A DNA stretch of 32,544 nucleotides from an uncultured bacterium (GTDB lineage Bacteria > SAR324 > NAC60-12), in assembly GCA_964010765.1 (NCBI GenBank), contig CAXGMD010000038.1, forward strand, positions 1-32,544. Reading direction: 5' to 3'. The translations under genes and the position numbers were made by a program. This document shows positions 1 through 9,618 of the stretch, one piece after another. The notes under the pieces are model-generated. The model worked only from the letters and a program-made list of their open reading frames with translations. It did no database searches and was not told the origin of the DNA. The stretch's first letter is position 1. The number at the start of each line of letters is the position of its first letter.

Positions 1-104
1 GCTTCGCTGTCACGTCGTCGAACTTCCTGTAGACCGAGCAGCTTGTAAAAGGCAACGGATTCATCGAGATCCTTCACTCGAAGCATGGTGTGCAGATAGC
101 GCAT
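1..104 (-). CDS. gloA: Lactoylglutathione lyase / glyoxalase I (VOC family), 5' part only; runs off the window
   Basis: Not in the ORF track. Manual translation from ATG at 104 gives MRYLHTMLRVKDLDESVAFYKLLGLQEVRRRDSE, the typical glyoxalase I N-terminus (HTMLRV.DL). An AGGAG RBS lies at 117-113. Confidence 0.85.
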   Translation of the reverse strand, partial: MRYLHTMLRVKDLDESVAFYKLLGLQEVRRRDSE

Positions 105-152
105 GGAAACATCTCCTGTTCAATTATGGACCAATAAACTGGTCGTGGTTTT

Positions 153-2270
153 TCAGATAAGTTGGGTGGCAACCGGCAATCGGCGAATTCGTTTTCCAGT
201 TGCAGTGTAAATGGCGTTACAGAGCGCAGGAGCAATCGGTGGCACTCCTGGTTCCCCAACCCCACCTGGAGCTTCATCATTTTCGATGATACTCACAAAT
301 ACTTCGGGAGACTCCGAAAGGCGAGCGACCCGATAATCATGGAAGTTGCTGTTGGCCACAGCCCCATCCTTCAAGGAAATTTGTTCGTAGAGAGCAGCAG
401 AGAGCCCGAAGACCACTGCTCCCTCCAATTGCTGGCGGATGATGTTGGGGTTGACGTATCGTCCGCAGTCAATCGCACAATGAACTTTATGAACACGAAC
501 GGTGCCTGCGTCAACAGAAACTTCAACAACCTGGGCAACAATACTTTTAAAGGACTCATGGAGAGCGATGCCTCTGGCATGCCCCTCTGGCAGTTCAGCG
601 CCCCAGCCGGCCTCCTTAGCAGCACGCTTCAGCACAGTTCGATGACGTGGCTGGTCGTTTAACAATGCCAAACGATATTCCAGTGGATCACGACCCACAA
701 GGTTTGCGGCTTCATCCAGTACACTTTCGACGGTAAAGGCATTATGAGAGTTGCCAACAGATCGCCAGAAGCCCACACGAATACCGGGCTCAACCACCTC
801 ATAGTCCATTTCGTGCTCAGGGATCGCATAAGGCAGCTGGGTTCCTTTCGTGGAGGTCACATCCCAATCGATCCATTTCAAAGCACTACCCACAGCTCTA
901 GTATCCATCAACTGCCAAGCAAATTCAGAGATAGCCGATGGACCTGCCAGCTGATGGTTCCATGAACTAGGGAATCCGTCTTCACCTAGCTGAACCTGCA
1001 AGCGACTTTTGTAGGCCGGCCGATAGAAATCATGCTGCGTATCCTCCTCTCTGGTCCAGATCAACTTGACCGGACGTCCAACTGCTTTGGATGCCTGAAC
1101 CGCTTGAATTGCGAAGTCCCAACCTCTGCGTCCAAAGCCTCCGCCCAAATAGGTGGTGTGAACCGTCACTTGCTCCGGTTCCAATCCTGTGATTTCAGCT
1201 GCCTTGTCTCGGACCACTTCGGGAAACTGGGTCGGCACCCACACCTCACAGCGGTCTGAACGCACATCAGCCGTGCAGTTCATCGGTTCCATCGTAGCAT
1301 GGGCAAGATAGGGCAGGAAGTACTCAACATCCAGGGTCTTCTCTCCTGAAATTTCCGTTTTTCCCAGATTATCCAGAACCTCGGTCAACTGCTGCTCTAA
1401 TTTCTGATCATCCAATCCCTGGCTCTTGCCTTCGCTAAACTCAATGCGCAAGGCATCAGCACCCTTCTTAGCCTGCCAGAATTTTTCTGCAACAACGGCT
1501 ACTCCGTTGAGAATTTCGACAACTTTGACAACTCCTTTCACTTCCAAAGCACTGGATTCTTCATAACGCAAAACCTCACCTTCAAAAACGGGAGACTGCC
1601 GCACCGTTGCGTGGAGCATACGGGGCACTTTAACATCAATCCCGAACTGAGCCTGGCCTGTGACCTTAGCCAGACCGTCCAAGCGCTTTAGGGGTTGACC
1701 AACGAGTCGATACTTCGAAGGATCTTTGCGAGGTGGATCTTCAGGCACCTCGAGCTTGGAAGCTGCTTCCGCCAATTCTCCGTAACTCAGCTTCCTTCCA
1801 CTATCAACATGCAGGACTTGTCCGGCTTGGGTTTGACATTCGTTTGGAGGTACCTGCCAGCGATTTGCAGCCGCCTGGACAAGCATACTTCGAGCAGCAG
1901 CACCTGTTTTACTGAGGGGCCCCCACCATTTCACAATTGATGTACTGCCACCAGTTCCCTGAGTGAACATCCCCTGCTGCCGATACGCTTTGTGGACGGA
2001 AGCCAGGACGATATCGATCTGCTCTGGCTCCACATCCAGTTCCTCTGCCAGGATCGTGGGCATTGAAGTAGTAACCCCCTGGCCCATCTCCACGGAAGGC
2101 ACCACAAAACCGATCCGATTGTCCGTGCTGATTCTCAGCCACAGTCCCAACTCATTTGCAGCTTCCTTGGGGCTACTCAAGATTCGTGGATAATTTGAAG
2201 TGCAGCCTAGTAACAAACCCCCAGTCACCAACAGTGATGAGTGAAGAAAAGCCCGTCTTGTTAAACTCAT
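153..2270 (-). CDS. iorB: Xanthine dehydrogenase family molybdopterin-binding subunit (isoquinoline 1-oxidoreductase beta-like), Tat-exported
   Basis: Tat motif TRRAFL; motifs EMGQG, TGGSTSI, AHATMEPMN, LGGGFGRR, WRSVG, GGVGEPG. ATG at 2270 overlaps the iorA stop (TGATG). The substrate is unknown. Confidence 0.88.
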   Translation of the reverse strand: MSLTRRAFLHSSLLVTGGLLLGCTSNYPRILSSPKEAANELGLWLRISTDNRIGFVVPSVEMGQGVTTSMPTILAEELDVEPEQIDIVLASVHKAYRQQGMFTQGTGGSTSIVKWWGPLSKTGAAARSMLVQAAANRWQVPPNECQTQAGQVLHVDSGRKLSYGELAEAASKLEVPEDPPRKDPSKYRLVGQPLKRLDGLAKVTGQAQFGIDVKVPRMLHATVRQSPVFEGEVLRYEESSALEVKGVVKVVEILNGVAVVAEKFWQAKKGADALRIEFSEGKSQGLDDQKLEQQLTEVLDNLGKTEISGEKTLDVEYFLPYLAHATMEPMNCTADVRSDRCEVWVPTQFPEVVRDKAAEITGLEPEQVTVHTTYLGGGFGRRGWDFAIQAVQASKAVGRPVKLIWTREEDTQHDFYRPAYKSRLQVQLGEDGFPSSWNHQLAGPSAISEFAWQLMDTRAVGSALKWIDWDVTSTKGTQLPYAIPEHEMDYEVVEPGIRVGFWRSVGNSHNAFTVESVLDEAANLVGRDPLEYRLALLNDQPRHRTVLKRAAKEAGWGAELPEGHARGIALHESFKSIVAQVVEVSVDAGTVRVHKVHCAIDCGRYVNPNIIRQQLEGAVVFGLSAALYEQISLKDGAVANSNFHDYRVARLSESPEVFVSIIENDEAPGGVGEPGVPPIAPALCNAIYTATGKRIRRLPVATQLI

Positions 2271-2737
2271 CAAGCTTCCTGTGTTTGAAGTTCTGCAGCT
2301 CGTCTGATGGCCTTGCGGATTCGCGGATAGGTTCCACAGCGACAGATATTACTCATCGCTTGATCAATCTGAGAGTCTGTGGGTTGAGGGTTGTCTTGAA
2401 GCAAGGCAGCGGCAGCCATTAGCTGTCCTGATTGACAGTATCCACATTGAGGGACTTGTTCTTCCAGCCAGGCTTGTTGAACCGGATGTAATCGACTCTG
2501 TCCCAGTCCTTCAATGGTCCTGATTTCAGCGTTCTCTGGGACTGCTTCAAAGGGGAGGCTGCAGGAGCGTACAGGCTTGCCATCCAGATGAACTGTACAA
2601 GCACCGCATTGCGCAATCCCACAACCAAACTTTGTTCCGGTTAAACCAACCTCATCCCGTAATACCCAAAGCAGTGGGGTGTCCGGCTCAAGATCTAGTT
2701 CGATGGCGGTTTGATTGATTTTAAAAGTCTTCTTCAT
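2270..2737 (-). CDS. iorA: (2Fe-2S)-binding small subunit (IorA/CoxS family)
   Basis: [16 protein letters not shown]...C and QCGYCQSG...CRCGTY motifs for two 2Fe-2S clusters; directly coupled to the large subunit. Confidence 0.92.
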   Translation of the reverse strand: MKKTFKINQTAIELDLEPDTPLLWVLRDEVGLTGTKFGCGIAQCGACTVHLDGKPVRSCSLPFEAVPENAEIRTIEGLGQSRLHPVQQAWLEEQVPQCGYCQSGQLMAAAALLQDNPQPTDSQIDQAMSNICRCGTYPRIRKAIRRAAELQTQEA

Positions 2738-2744
2738 GGATTTT

Positions 2745-3335
2745 TTACTGAGGAGATTTGGACTGGGGTGAAAGATAGCGCCAGAGAATTTCAGAGGAAA
2801 TTGTAGCGACTTCAGCTACTTCTTTTTCGGAGAGATTGTGCTGGATATTATGTTGAATCACTGCCTCCAGATGTCCATGGATGATGGAAAGCAATAGATT
2901 GGTTGGGAAACTTGCTAACTTGCCCTCCTGTTGACCCAACTTGATCCAATCATAAGATTCTTTCAAATCATCCTCGATGGTTTCGTGAATACGCTGACTG
3001 ACTTGATTACCCTGCCGCAGTTGTAGCATCAGTTGGAACTTCTTCGGATTTGCTGAACCCCATTTCAGCAGTCGTGTGTGGATCTCTTTAAATACAGCTT
3101 CAAAAGCCCCCTGGGGCTTCGGTTCCCGTTGAACTTCAGCTAGTGCCTCACGCTTGATCATTAGGTACACCTCGTCCAGCAAATCATTTTTTGTTGGAAA
3201 ATAGGTGAACAAGGTACCAGTGGCCACCCCAGCATGTTTTGCAATATTCGCTGTTGTGGTATTCCAGAAGCCATCTTTTGCAAAAAGTTCAATGGCGGCT
3301 TCTAGCAACGCTTGCTTTTTAGGTGAAGGGTTCAT
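2745..3335 (-). CDS. TetR/AcrR family transcriptional regulator
   Basis: N-terminal [43 protein letters not shown]. Confidence 0.93.
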   Translation of the reverse strand: MNPSPKKQALLEAAIELFAKDGFWNTTTANIAKHAGVATGTLFTYFPTKNDLLDEVYLMIKREALAEVQREPKPQGAFEAVFKEIHTRLLKWGSANPKKFQLMLQLRQGNQVSQRIHETIEDDLKESYDWIKLGQQEGKLASFPTNLLLSIIHGHLEAVIQHNIQHNLSEKEVAEVATISSEILWRYLSPQSKSPQ

Positions 3336-3405
3336 TGGTCTTACTCAATAGTCGCTTCCTATCAAGATGGTCGTTCCTGATCAAGTCCAGCAACTCCAGA
3401 AAAAC

Positions 3406-4521
3406 TTATTGTACCTGTTCCCACCAATGAGAAAATTGATTTTTCACTGCGAGGTCGACAACTTGACCCAGTTTTGGAGTCATCAACTCCATCCCAAGCT
3501 CTTCAGCAGCTTGTTGGGAACGCTTAATCGGCTCATCCCAGTCATGTAAGGAAAGCTCAAACATCGCCCAGTGGATCGGGATCATCTGTTTTGCTCTCAA
3601 ATCAATGGCAGCCTGGACAGCTTCTTCAGGCAGATTGTGGACTTCTCGCCAACGCTCATTGTATTGGCCACTATCGATAAAGGCCGCATCGAAAGGGCCA
3701 AGTTGATCGCCAATTTTTTGATAATGTTCATCATACCCTGAGTCACCACTGAAATAGATTTTACTGTTGGGGGAATCTACTACCCACGATGCCCAAAGGG
3801 TTGTTTGATTGGTCCCCGTCCGTCCAGAGAAGTGTTGGGCTGGTGTGCATACAAAGCGAATTCCTTCAAATTCATGCTCTGCCCACCAATCCAACTCAAT
3901 GATCTTCTTGGTGGCGACTCCCCAATATTCCAGGTGAGATTTGATTCCCAGGGGAACCAGAAATGTTGACTCTTTATCACGAAAGAACTGGACGGAACGC
4001 ATATCGAGATGATCGTAGTGGTCATGTGAGATCACGATGTAGTCAATCGGAGGCAACTCTTCCAAACTTAGGACAGCTGGCTGAAAGCGTTGTACCAAGA
4101 AATTAACTGGGGCCGCTGAATTCGAAAAAACAGGATCAAACAGGATCAGTTTGTTTTGGACATTTACTAATACTGTGGAATGTCCCAGCCAGATAAACCG
4201 TAGAGAATCTGTTGTTTCTAAAAAAGCTTGGAGATCGGGAGGATTGACTTCAGGCAGTGGCTTGTCCGGTGTTCGGCGAGATGAATTGCTTGTAAAATAC
4301 TCGAGAGTCAGTCGCCAATCAATCCGTTCGTTCATTTCTTACAGAATCTTGGGGCGCCTATTCTCAAATACCTGCTGCTCTTTGTTGAAATGTGGGGATC
4401 TCCCGAAGTCAGATAGTTCCTGCTGAGAGGGACCCTTGCCCAACTGCTCCCAGATTGAACAGGAACCTAATAAAACTGCCAAATCAAAGGTCATCAAAAT
4501 TAAAGAGGGTAGATTGCGCAT
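3406..4521 (-). pseudogene. MBL-fold metallo-hydrolase (RomA/NAPE-PLD-like) split by one in-frame TAA; the downstream ORF 3406..4335 keeps the catalytic domain
   Basis: ORFs 4339..4521 and 3406..4335 share a frame (CTG TAA GAA ATG, TAA at 4341-4339). Motifs WLGHST, SHDHYDHLD, PAQHFSGR, FSGDSGY and PIHW are in the downstream part. The upstream part holds a signal/lipobox-like segment (LLGSC) and the SPHF...FEN motif. Confidence 0.75.
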
Positions 4522-4552
4522 CGTGTGCCCAGAAAAATTTACTAAATTAAAC

Positions 4553-4567
4553 TGACTAATCAGTCAA
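4553..4567 (-). promoter_or_regulatory. Putative TetR operator TGACT-N4-AGTCA overlapping a -35-like TTGACT of the minus-strand operon
   Basis: Inverted repeat TGACTaatcAGTCA at 4553-4566, about 30 nt upstream of the ATG at 4521; the operon contains a TetR gene. Confidence 0.6.
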
Positions 4568-4614
4568 TAAATTTTCTGACTGTTTTTAGCTATCCCCAAT
4601 TCAATTACTAGAAC

Positions 4615-5826
4615 TCAGGTCGGCTGATTTTCAGGATTTTCTAAAGAAGGTGCGGAAGCGGGCATCGCCACACTAAGACAAGCAAACAGGGCACAAAGTG
4701 CTAAGGCACCAGACAAGAGGAAGGCATTACTGAAGGCGTACCCAGCGACCCAACCGGCTAGAAGTGCACCCAAGGCTCCGATTCCATCCATCAAAGAGAA
4801 GGAAAATCCAAGAGCAGCCCCTTCTCGTGAGCCAGCAAATTCAACAGCTGCAGCCAGAATCGCAGCCCGGACACCTTGCAGCAACGCCACTGCCAGTAAG
4901 AGCATCGCAAGTACAGCAAACAAATAAGAGGTTGCGTCTAATGTATAAGCAGCAAACGCAGCCAGAGCTGCACCACCGTTGAAACTTAAAATCACCTTTC
5001 GACGTCCTACCAGATCTGAAAGTTTGCCCACATAAGGCTGAGCCAACGCACCTACAAGAACCATCACCGCATAGATCAGTCCAGTTTCAGATGAAGACAA
5101 ACCTTTGTCCTGCTGCAAATAAAGCGGAATCATACTGATCAAGGCCACCATCGCCATATGATAGGTACTCATCATAAGAACAATCCGGCGGCCTTTGGAA
5201 CCAGACCAGGTTTTGACAATCGCTCCAAATTCCTGACGATTCCATCTCATACGACTAGTTTGAAGGGGGATGTGTTTCATTTGAATGATGAACCAGATTC
5301 CCATCAGCGCAGCAGGAAGTGTGATCAGTTGTAAAGTGTTTCTCCAGTCAATCATGGTCAGCAGGAAGCCAACAATCAGCGGACCAACCACTGCTGAGAG
5401 TGTCCCCCCAATCGCATGAATTCCCAGTGCTTGGGCCCTGCGTGAGGGAGCTTGCTGCACAAGAATGGAAGTGGCCAGAGGATGCCAGGCAGCATCGCCA
5501 CTTCCACCAAAAGCGAGCAGTAACGCCAGGAGCCAAAAGCCAGGAGCTAAAGACGCCAACCAGTAGCCGATCACCACCCACCAAAAGGTGATCATCAGCA
5601 AACGGCCACGGTTCAACGTTGCATCTGCCACCAATCCGGCTGGCAAGAAGCCTATGGCAGAGCCCCAACCTTGTAGAGCCAACAGCAAGCCAACCTCTGC
5701 TGTGGATAGATCCATCTCCAAGGCAATTGCTGGGGCCAAGACAACCAGTGATACAGGTGCAATATCATTTGCAAAATGGCCGATTGAGAAGGGTAGTAGC
5801 CAACTGCGTGGCGCTGAGTTACTCAT
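4615..5826 (-). CDS. MFS transporter (FsR-like)
   Basis: 403 aa, about 12 hydrophobic segments, GHFAND, AAWHP and GKLSDLVGRR (motif A-like); divergent from the GntR gene. Confidence 0.88.
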   Translation of the reverse strand: MSNSAPRSWLLPFSIGHFANDIAPVSLVVLAPAIALEMDLSTAEVGLLLALQGWGSAIGFLPAGLVADATLNRGRLLMITFWWVVIGYWLASLAPGFWLLALLLAFGGSGDAAWHPLATSILVQQAPSRRAQALGIHAIGGTLSAVVGPLIVGFLLTMIDWRNTLQLITLPAALMGIWFIIQMKHIPLQTSRMRWNRQEFGAIVKTWSGSKGRRIVLMMSTYHMAMVALISMIPLYLQQDKGLSSSETGLIYAVMVLVGALAQPYVGKLSDLVGRRKVILSFNGGAALAAFAAYTLDATSYLFAVLAMLLLAVALLQGVRAAILAAAVEFAGSREGAALGFSFSLMDGIGALGALLAGWVAGYAFSNAFLLSGALALCALFACLSVAMPASAPSLENPENQPT

Positions 5827-5971
5827 AAAATTCTGGGTTGTTTTAAGGAGTTTTGCTAGAAGCTACCGTCATCTGTCAGAATTAATCCATCTTTCTCTGC
5901 CTGCCAAAACTGCAAAAGCCATGAATGCGAAGTTCCCATACAATCAATATTTTAACCAATAAAATTTTGCA

Positions 5972-6000
5972 TTGCGCTACAGAAACACCTTCGCTAGATT
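5972..6000 (+). promoter_or_regulatory. Putative sigma70 promoter of the GntR-mtnK operon
   Basis: TTGCGC (5972-5977), 17 nt spacer, TAGATT (5995-6000). Confidence 0.5.
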
Positions 6001-6012
6001 CTTGCGGTGCTA

Positions 6013-6027
6013 AGACATCAGATGTCT
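6013..6027. promoter_or_regulatory. Putative GntR operator palindrome AGACATC-A-GATGTCT
   Basis: Perfect 7 bp inverted repeat just downstream of the predicted -10 and upstream of the GntR gene. Confidence 0.6.
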
Positions 6028-6076
6028 GAGGGCCCTTTGGATTTCATGAACTGATTGTGATGCAGAGGGAGAAATT

Positions 6077-6808
6077 ATGCTACTGCGAGTTGACAAGCCA
6101 CTGACACGTCGGGTTCAGGAAGCTCTGCTGCGGCTGATCCGTGAACGCAATTGCCAACCTGGTGAAAAGGTACCGACGGAAGCAGAGTTGGGACAATTGT
6201 TTGGGGTTGGACGTTCAACGCTTAGAGAAGCCATCGGCAACCTTGTCGAGCAAGGAATCCTGCAAAAATCCCACGGTCGAGGAACGTTCCTAAGGCAGCT
6301 CCCAATCGTTCTCGAAAGTGGCTTGGAGGAGTTGACCAGTGTTACGGAGCACATCCGAAAAGTAGGTGCCAAGCCTTCAACGCAGAGAATCCAGGTGGAA
6401 AAGATTCCTGCTGATGAGCGACTCAGTCAAAAACTTCAGTTGCCCCAGGGGACAAGCTGTTACTGGATTGAAAGAGTCCGCTTCGCAGACGACGTACCAG
6501 CTGCCTATTGCATTGACGTCATCCCTGAGAATCTGTTGCCGGACGGACTCAAAGAGCAGGTCTTTCGGGATTCACTCTTTGAGCTACTGAGCAAAAGCGG
6601 ACATCTGGTTTCACATACGGAGAGTTACATCACCCCGACCCTTTTGACACAGCAGGAACTACCAGAATTGAATAGTGAGTCTGCGTATTTTCTACTGTTT
6701 GAAGAAGTAAACTACGACGTCAGTGGCTTCCCAGTCTGCTACAGCAACGACTACTACAGCAGTCAGGTTTTTGAATTCAAGATCATCCGTAAGCGTCCCT
6801 TGGACTGA
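6077..6808 (+). CDS. GntR family regulator, HutC subfamily (UTRA domain)
   Basis: wHTH PGEKVPTEAELGQLFGVGRSTLREAI...HGRGTF plus a UTRA-like C-terminus (IERVRFADDVP); GAGGGAG RBS. Confidence 0.92.
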   Translation: MLLRVDKPLTRRVQEALLRLIRERNCQPGEKVPTEAELGQLFGVGRSTLREAIGNLVEQGILQKSHGRGTFLRQLPIVLESGLEELTSVTEHIRKVGAKPSTQRIQVEKIPADERLSQKLQLPQGTSCYWIERVRFADDVPAAYCIDVIPENLLPDGLKEQVFRDSLFELLSKSGHLVSHTESYITPTLLTQQELPELNSESAYFLLFEEVNYDVSGFPVCYSNDYYSSQVFEFKIIRKRPLD

Positions 6809-6840
6809 TTCTTAAACCCATTTAATCAGAGGAAGAAATC

Positions 6841-8097
6841 ATGGAATACCGTCAGCTCAGCCCGGAAACGGTCCCGGGATTTCTGAAGGACATCTCCAGT
6901 GTGCAACAGATCTTTTCGGATCTGGATGATCTAGAAGTTGAGGAGGTAGGGGACGGCAACCTGAACTTTGTCTACAAAGTAAGACAGCGAAAGAATCCCG
7001 AACAAACGGTAGTAATCAAGCAGGCCGTGCCTTTCTTGCGAATTGTTGGCGAATCCTGGCCTCTTTCTCGGACCCGTATGAACTTTGAGATTCAGGCACT
7101 GGAGCACCACACGAAGTATTGCCCCCAGCATGTCCCCGAAATCTTTTACTCTTCCACAGACATGTCGCTGGTGGTGATGCAAAACCTGAATCGGCATGCA
7201 GTCCTTCGTGGTGAAATGATCTTGGGGAAGATCTTCCCAAAACTGGCTGAGCATATTTCATCCTTTCTGGCGAACACCCTCTTCCCTACAACAGACTGGT
7301 GTCTGACCGGGGGTGAGAAAAAAGCGATGGTGGACAGGTTCATTAACCCGGAACTCTGCAAGATCACTGAAGATTTTGTGCTGACTAATCCGTACGAAGA
7401 CCATGAGACAAATGTCTACCACGATGAAGTCACCCAGGCAGACAAAGACTATCTTCAGCAGGATTCCCAACTGAAGGTTGCAGTTGCCGAAATGAAATAT
7501 GCCTTCATGAACCACAGTGAGGCGCTGCTTCACGGGGATCTACATATCGGCAGTATCATGGCCAATGAGGAGGAAACCTACGTAATTGATCCTGAGTTCG
7601 CTTTCTTTGGTCCTATCGGCTTTGATGTGGGGGCTTTCATTGGCAATCTATTCCTCGCATACTATGCGCACGAAGTACGTCAAAAGATGCTGGGGCGTGA
7701 GCCTTTTGAGTATCGCAATTGGATTTTACGGACAGCGGAGGAGACTTGGAATCAATTCCAGGCAAAGTTTGAAGTAAATTGGGTTGCGCACGAACAAGAT
7801 GCTCCCAGTAGCTACTGGAACTATCAAGAAGGACACATTGGCTTCGCCTTGCAGCGTCAGCGATTCTTACGCCACATTTTTGAAGACACCATTGGCTTTG
7901 CTGCCTGCAAAATGATGCGGCGCATTTACGGACTTGCCAAAGTGGCTGACATCGCTGAGATCCCTGATTTAAAAGCTCGCTTGGAGGTGGAACGTAATGT
8001 CATGCGCATGGCTAAAGTGATGGTTCAACAACGCAGCTCCTTCCGTTCCATTGAGGAACTATCGGCGTTAGCCCAAGAAATATCTCCCTTACGCTGA
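6841..8097 (+). CDS. mtnK: S-methyl-5-thioribose kinase (may also act on 5-deoxyribose)
   Basis: EVGDGNLNFVY, VIKQAVP, WPL, NPELCKITED, LLHGDLH.GS, IDPEFAF.GP, MMRRI.G.A.VAD. Confidence 0.93.
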   Translation: MEYRQLSPETVPGFLKDISSVQQIFSDLDDLEVEEVGDGNLNFVYKVRQRKNPEQTVVIKQAVPFLRIVGESWPLSRTRMNFEIQALEHHTKYCPQHVPEIFYSSTDMSLVVMQNLNRHAVLRGEMILGKIFPKLAEHISSFLANTLFPTTDWCLTGGEKKAMVDRFINPELCKITEDFVLTNPYEDHETNVYHDEVTQADKDYLQQDSQLKVAVAEMKYAFMNHSEALLHGDLHIGSIMANEEETYVIDPEFAFFGPIGFDVGAFIGNLFLAYYAHEVRQKMLGREPFEYRNWILRTAEETWNQFQAKFEVNWVAHEQDAPSSYWNYQEGHIGFALQRQRFLRHIFEDTIGFAACKMMRRIYGLAKVADIAEIPDLKARLEVERNVMRMAKVMVQQRSSFRSIEELSALAQEISPLR

Positions 8098-8103
8098 AGT
8101 TTC

Positions 8104-9618
8104 GTGAATCCAATCGTTGAAGTACAACAAATCAGCAAATCCTTTGGAGCAACCCAGGCGCTGCGGGGTGTCTCCTTCTCCTTTTTTTCAGGGGAGATCT
8201 TCGCCTTGGTGGGAGCGAATGGGGCCGGCAAATCCACTCTGATCAAGATCATCTGTGGCTACTATGAGGATTACGAAGGTGAAATTCGTATTGAGGGCCA
8301 ACGTGTTCGGTTTCACAGTCCTCAAGACTCCTTTCGTCAGGGCATTCGCACGGTTCACCAGATTATCGATCAAGGTGTAGTGCCCACAATGAGTATTGCT
8401 GAAAACTTAGCTCTCAACGAGTTGCTGGACCCAGCAACCGGATTGCGTTACCGTCGTCAACACATTCGAACTCGTGCTCAGGAAATCGCAGAACCGATGG
8501 GCCTGACGTTTACTAATTGGGATCTTCCTGTCTCCGATTTGTCCCAAAGTGATCGTCAGTTGATCAGCATCGCCCGCTCTCTGGTTGGTGAACCAAAGTT
8601 ACTGATCTTGGATGAACCGACCTCCTCATTGAGTACCCGTGAGACAGACCGACTGTTTGATAAGCTAAACCAGTTACGCTCGCAAGGAGTTGGGATTGTC
8701 TATGTTTCTCATCGACTCCACGAGGTTGAGTTGCTGGCTGACCGTGCCGGTGTGGTTCGAGATGGGCTGAAAAGCGCTGATCTGACTCGTCCAGTGAAAT
8801 CCCAAAATTTGGTTCGTGCGATGGTAGGTGAAATAGATACAATTTCTCACGACCATCCACATGCTGTTCAAGCTGGAAAAGTTCGACTGGAGTTGAAGGA
8901 TCTTATTGTGCGTCCAGGAGACCCACCATTAAATCTCCAGCTGAGGGCTGGAGAAATTGTTGGTTTGACAGGTTTGATTGGAGCCGGAAAGTCAGAGTTG
9001 GCAGAGATTCTCTATGGCATGCGAGAGCCCGTTTCTGGAGAAATATTTCTGGATGACCAGCCCTTGAAACCCGAATCGATTTCCTCTGCGATCGACAAGG
9101 GGGTCCATCTTGTTCCAGAAGATCGCAGCAACCGAGCGGTGATTCCCCAGTTCAGTGTGAATCAGAATCTTTCCTTACCTTTTCTTAGAAGTTTTTGTCG
9201 GTTTGCGTTGCTGCAACCGAGAAAAGAGCAGCAGGAAGCCGATCGGATGGTGCGAGACCTAGGAGTCAAGTGCCAAGGCATACACGCCCTGATTGGCAGT
9301 CTCTCAGGAGGTAATCAACAGAAGGTTGTAGTGGCTCGCTGGCTTCAACGAAAATTCCGAGTCCTCTTATTGGATGAGCCTTTCCAAGGTGTGGACATCA
9401 AGTCCCGGCATGACATTATTCAATACCTACGAGATCAACTACATGATGAAGTGGTGCTGGTACTCGCTGCAGATCTCGATGAAATTCTGGAAGTGGCTGA
9501 TCGAGTTCTGGTGCTCAACCGGGGACGTCTGATGGGAGAACAAAACCGTAATTCAATTGACCGAACACAGCTCCTTGACTGGATCTCTACCACCGAAACA
9601 AAATTCGCCCATGCCTGA
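8104..9618 (+). CDS. Sugar ABC transporter ATP-binding protein (CUT2, two NBDs)
   Basis: GTG start; GANGAGKST, LILDEPT, VPEDR, LSGGNQQK, LLLDEP. Confidence 0.93.
   Translation: MNPIVEVQQISKSFGATQALRGVSFSFFSGEIFALVGANGAGKSTLIKIICGYYEDYEGEIRIEGQRVRFHSPQDSFRQGIRTVHQIIDQGVVPTMSIAENLALNELLDPATGLRYRRQHIRTRAQEIAEPMGLTFTNWDLPVSDLSQSDRQLISIARSLVGEPKLLILDEPTSSLSTRETDRLFDKLNQLRSQGVGIVYVSHRLHEVELLADRAGVVRDGLKSADLTRPVKSQNLVRAMVGEIDTISHDHPHAVQAGKVRLELKDLIVRPGDPPLNLQLRAGEIVGLTGLIGAGKSELAEILYGMREPVSGEIFLDDQPLKPESISSAIDKGVHLVPEDRSNRAVIPQFSVNQNLSLPFLRSFCRFALLQPRKEQQEADRMVRDLGVKCQGIHALIGSLSGGNQQKVVVARWLQRKFRVLLLDEPFQGVDIKSRHDIIQYLRDQLHDEVVLVLAADLDEILEVADRVLVLNRGRLMGEQNRNSIDRTQLLDWISTTETKFAHA

Noticed and set aside
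5827..6076. SAM riboswitch upstream of the methylthioribose genes
   Set aside because: No SAM-I/II/V consensus was recognised by eye and the predicted leader is short; an Rfam scan would be decisive.
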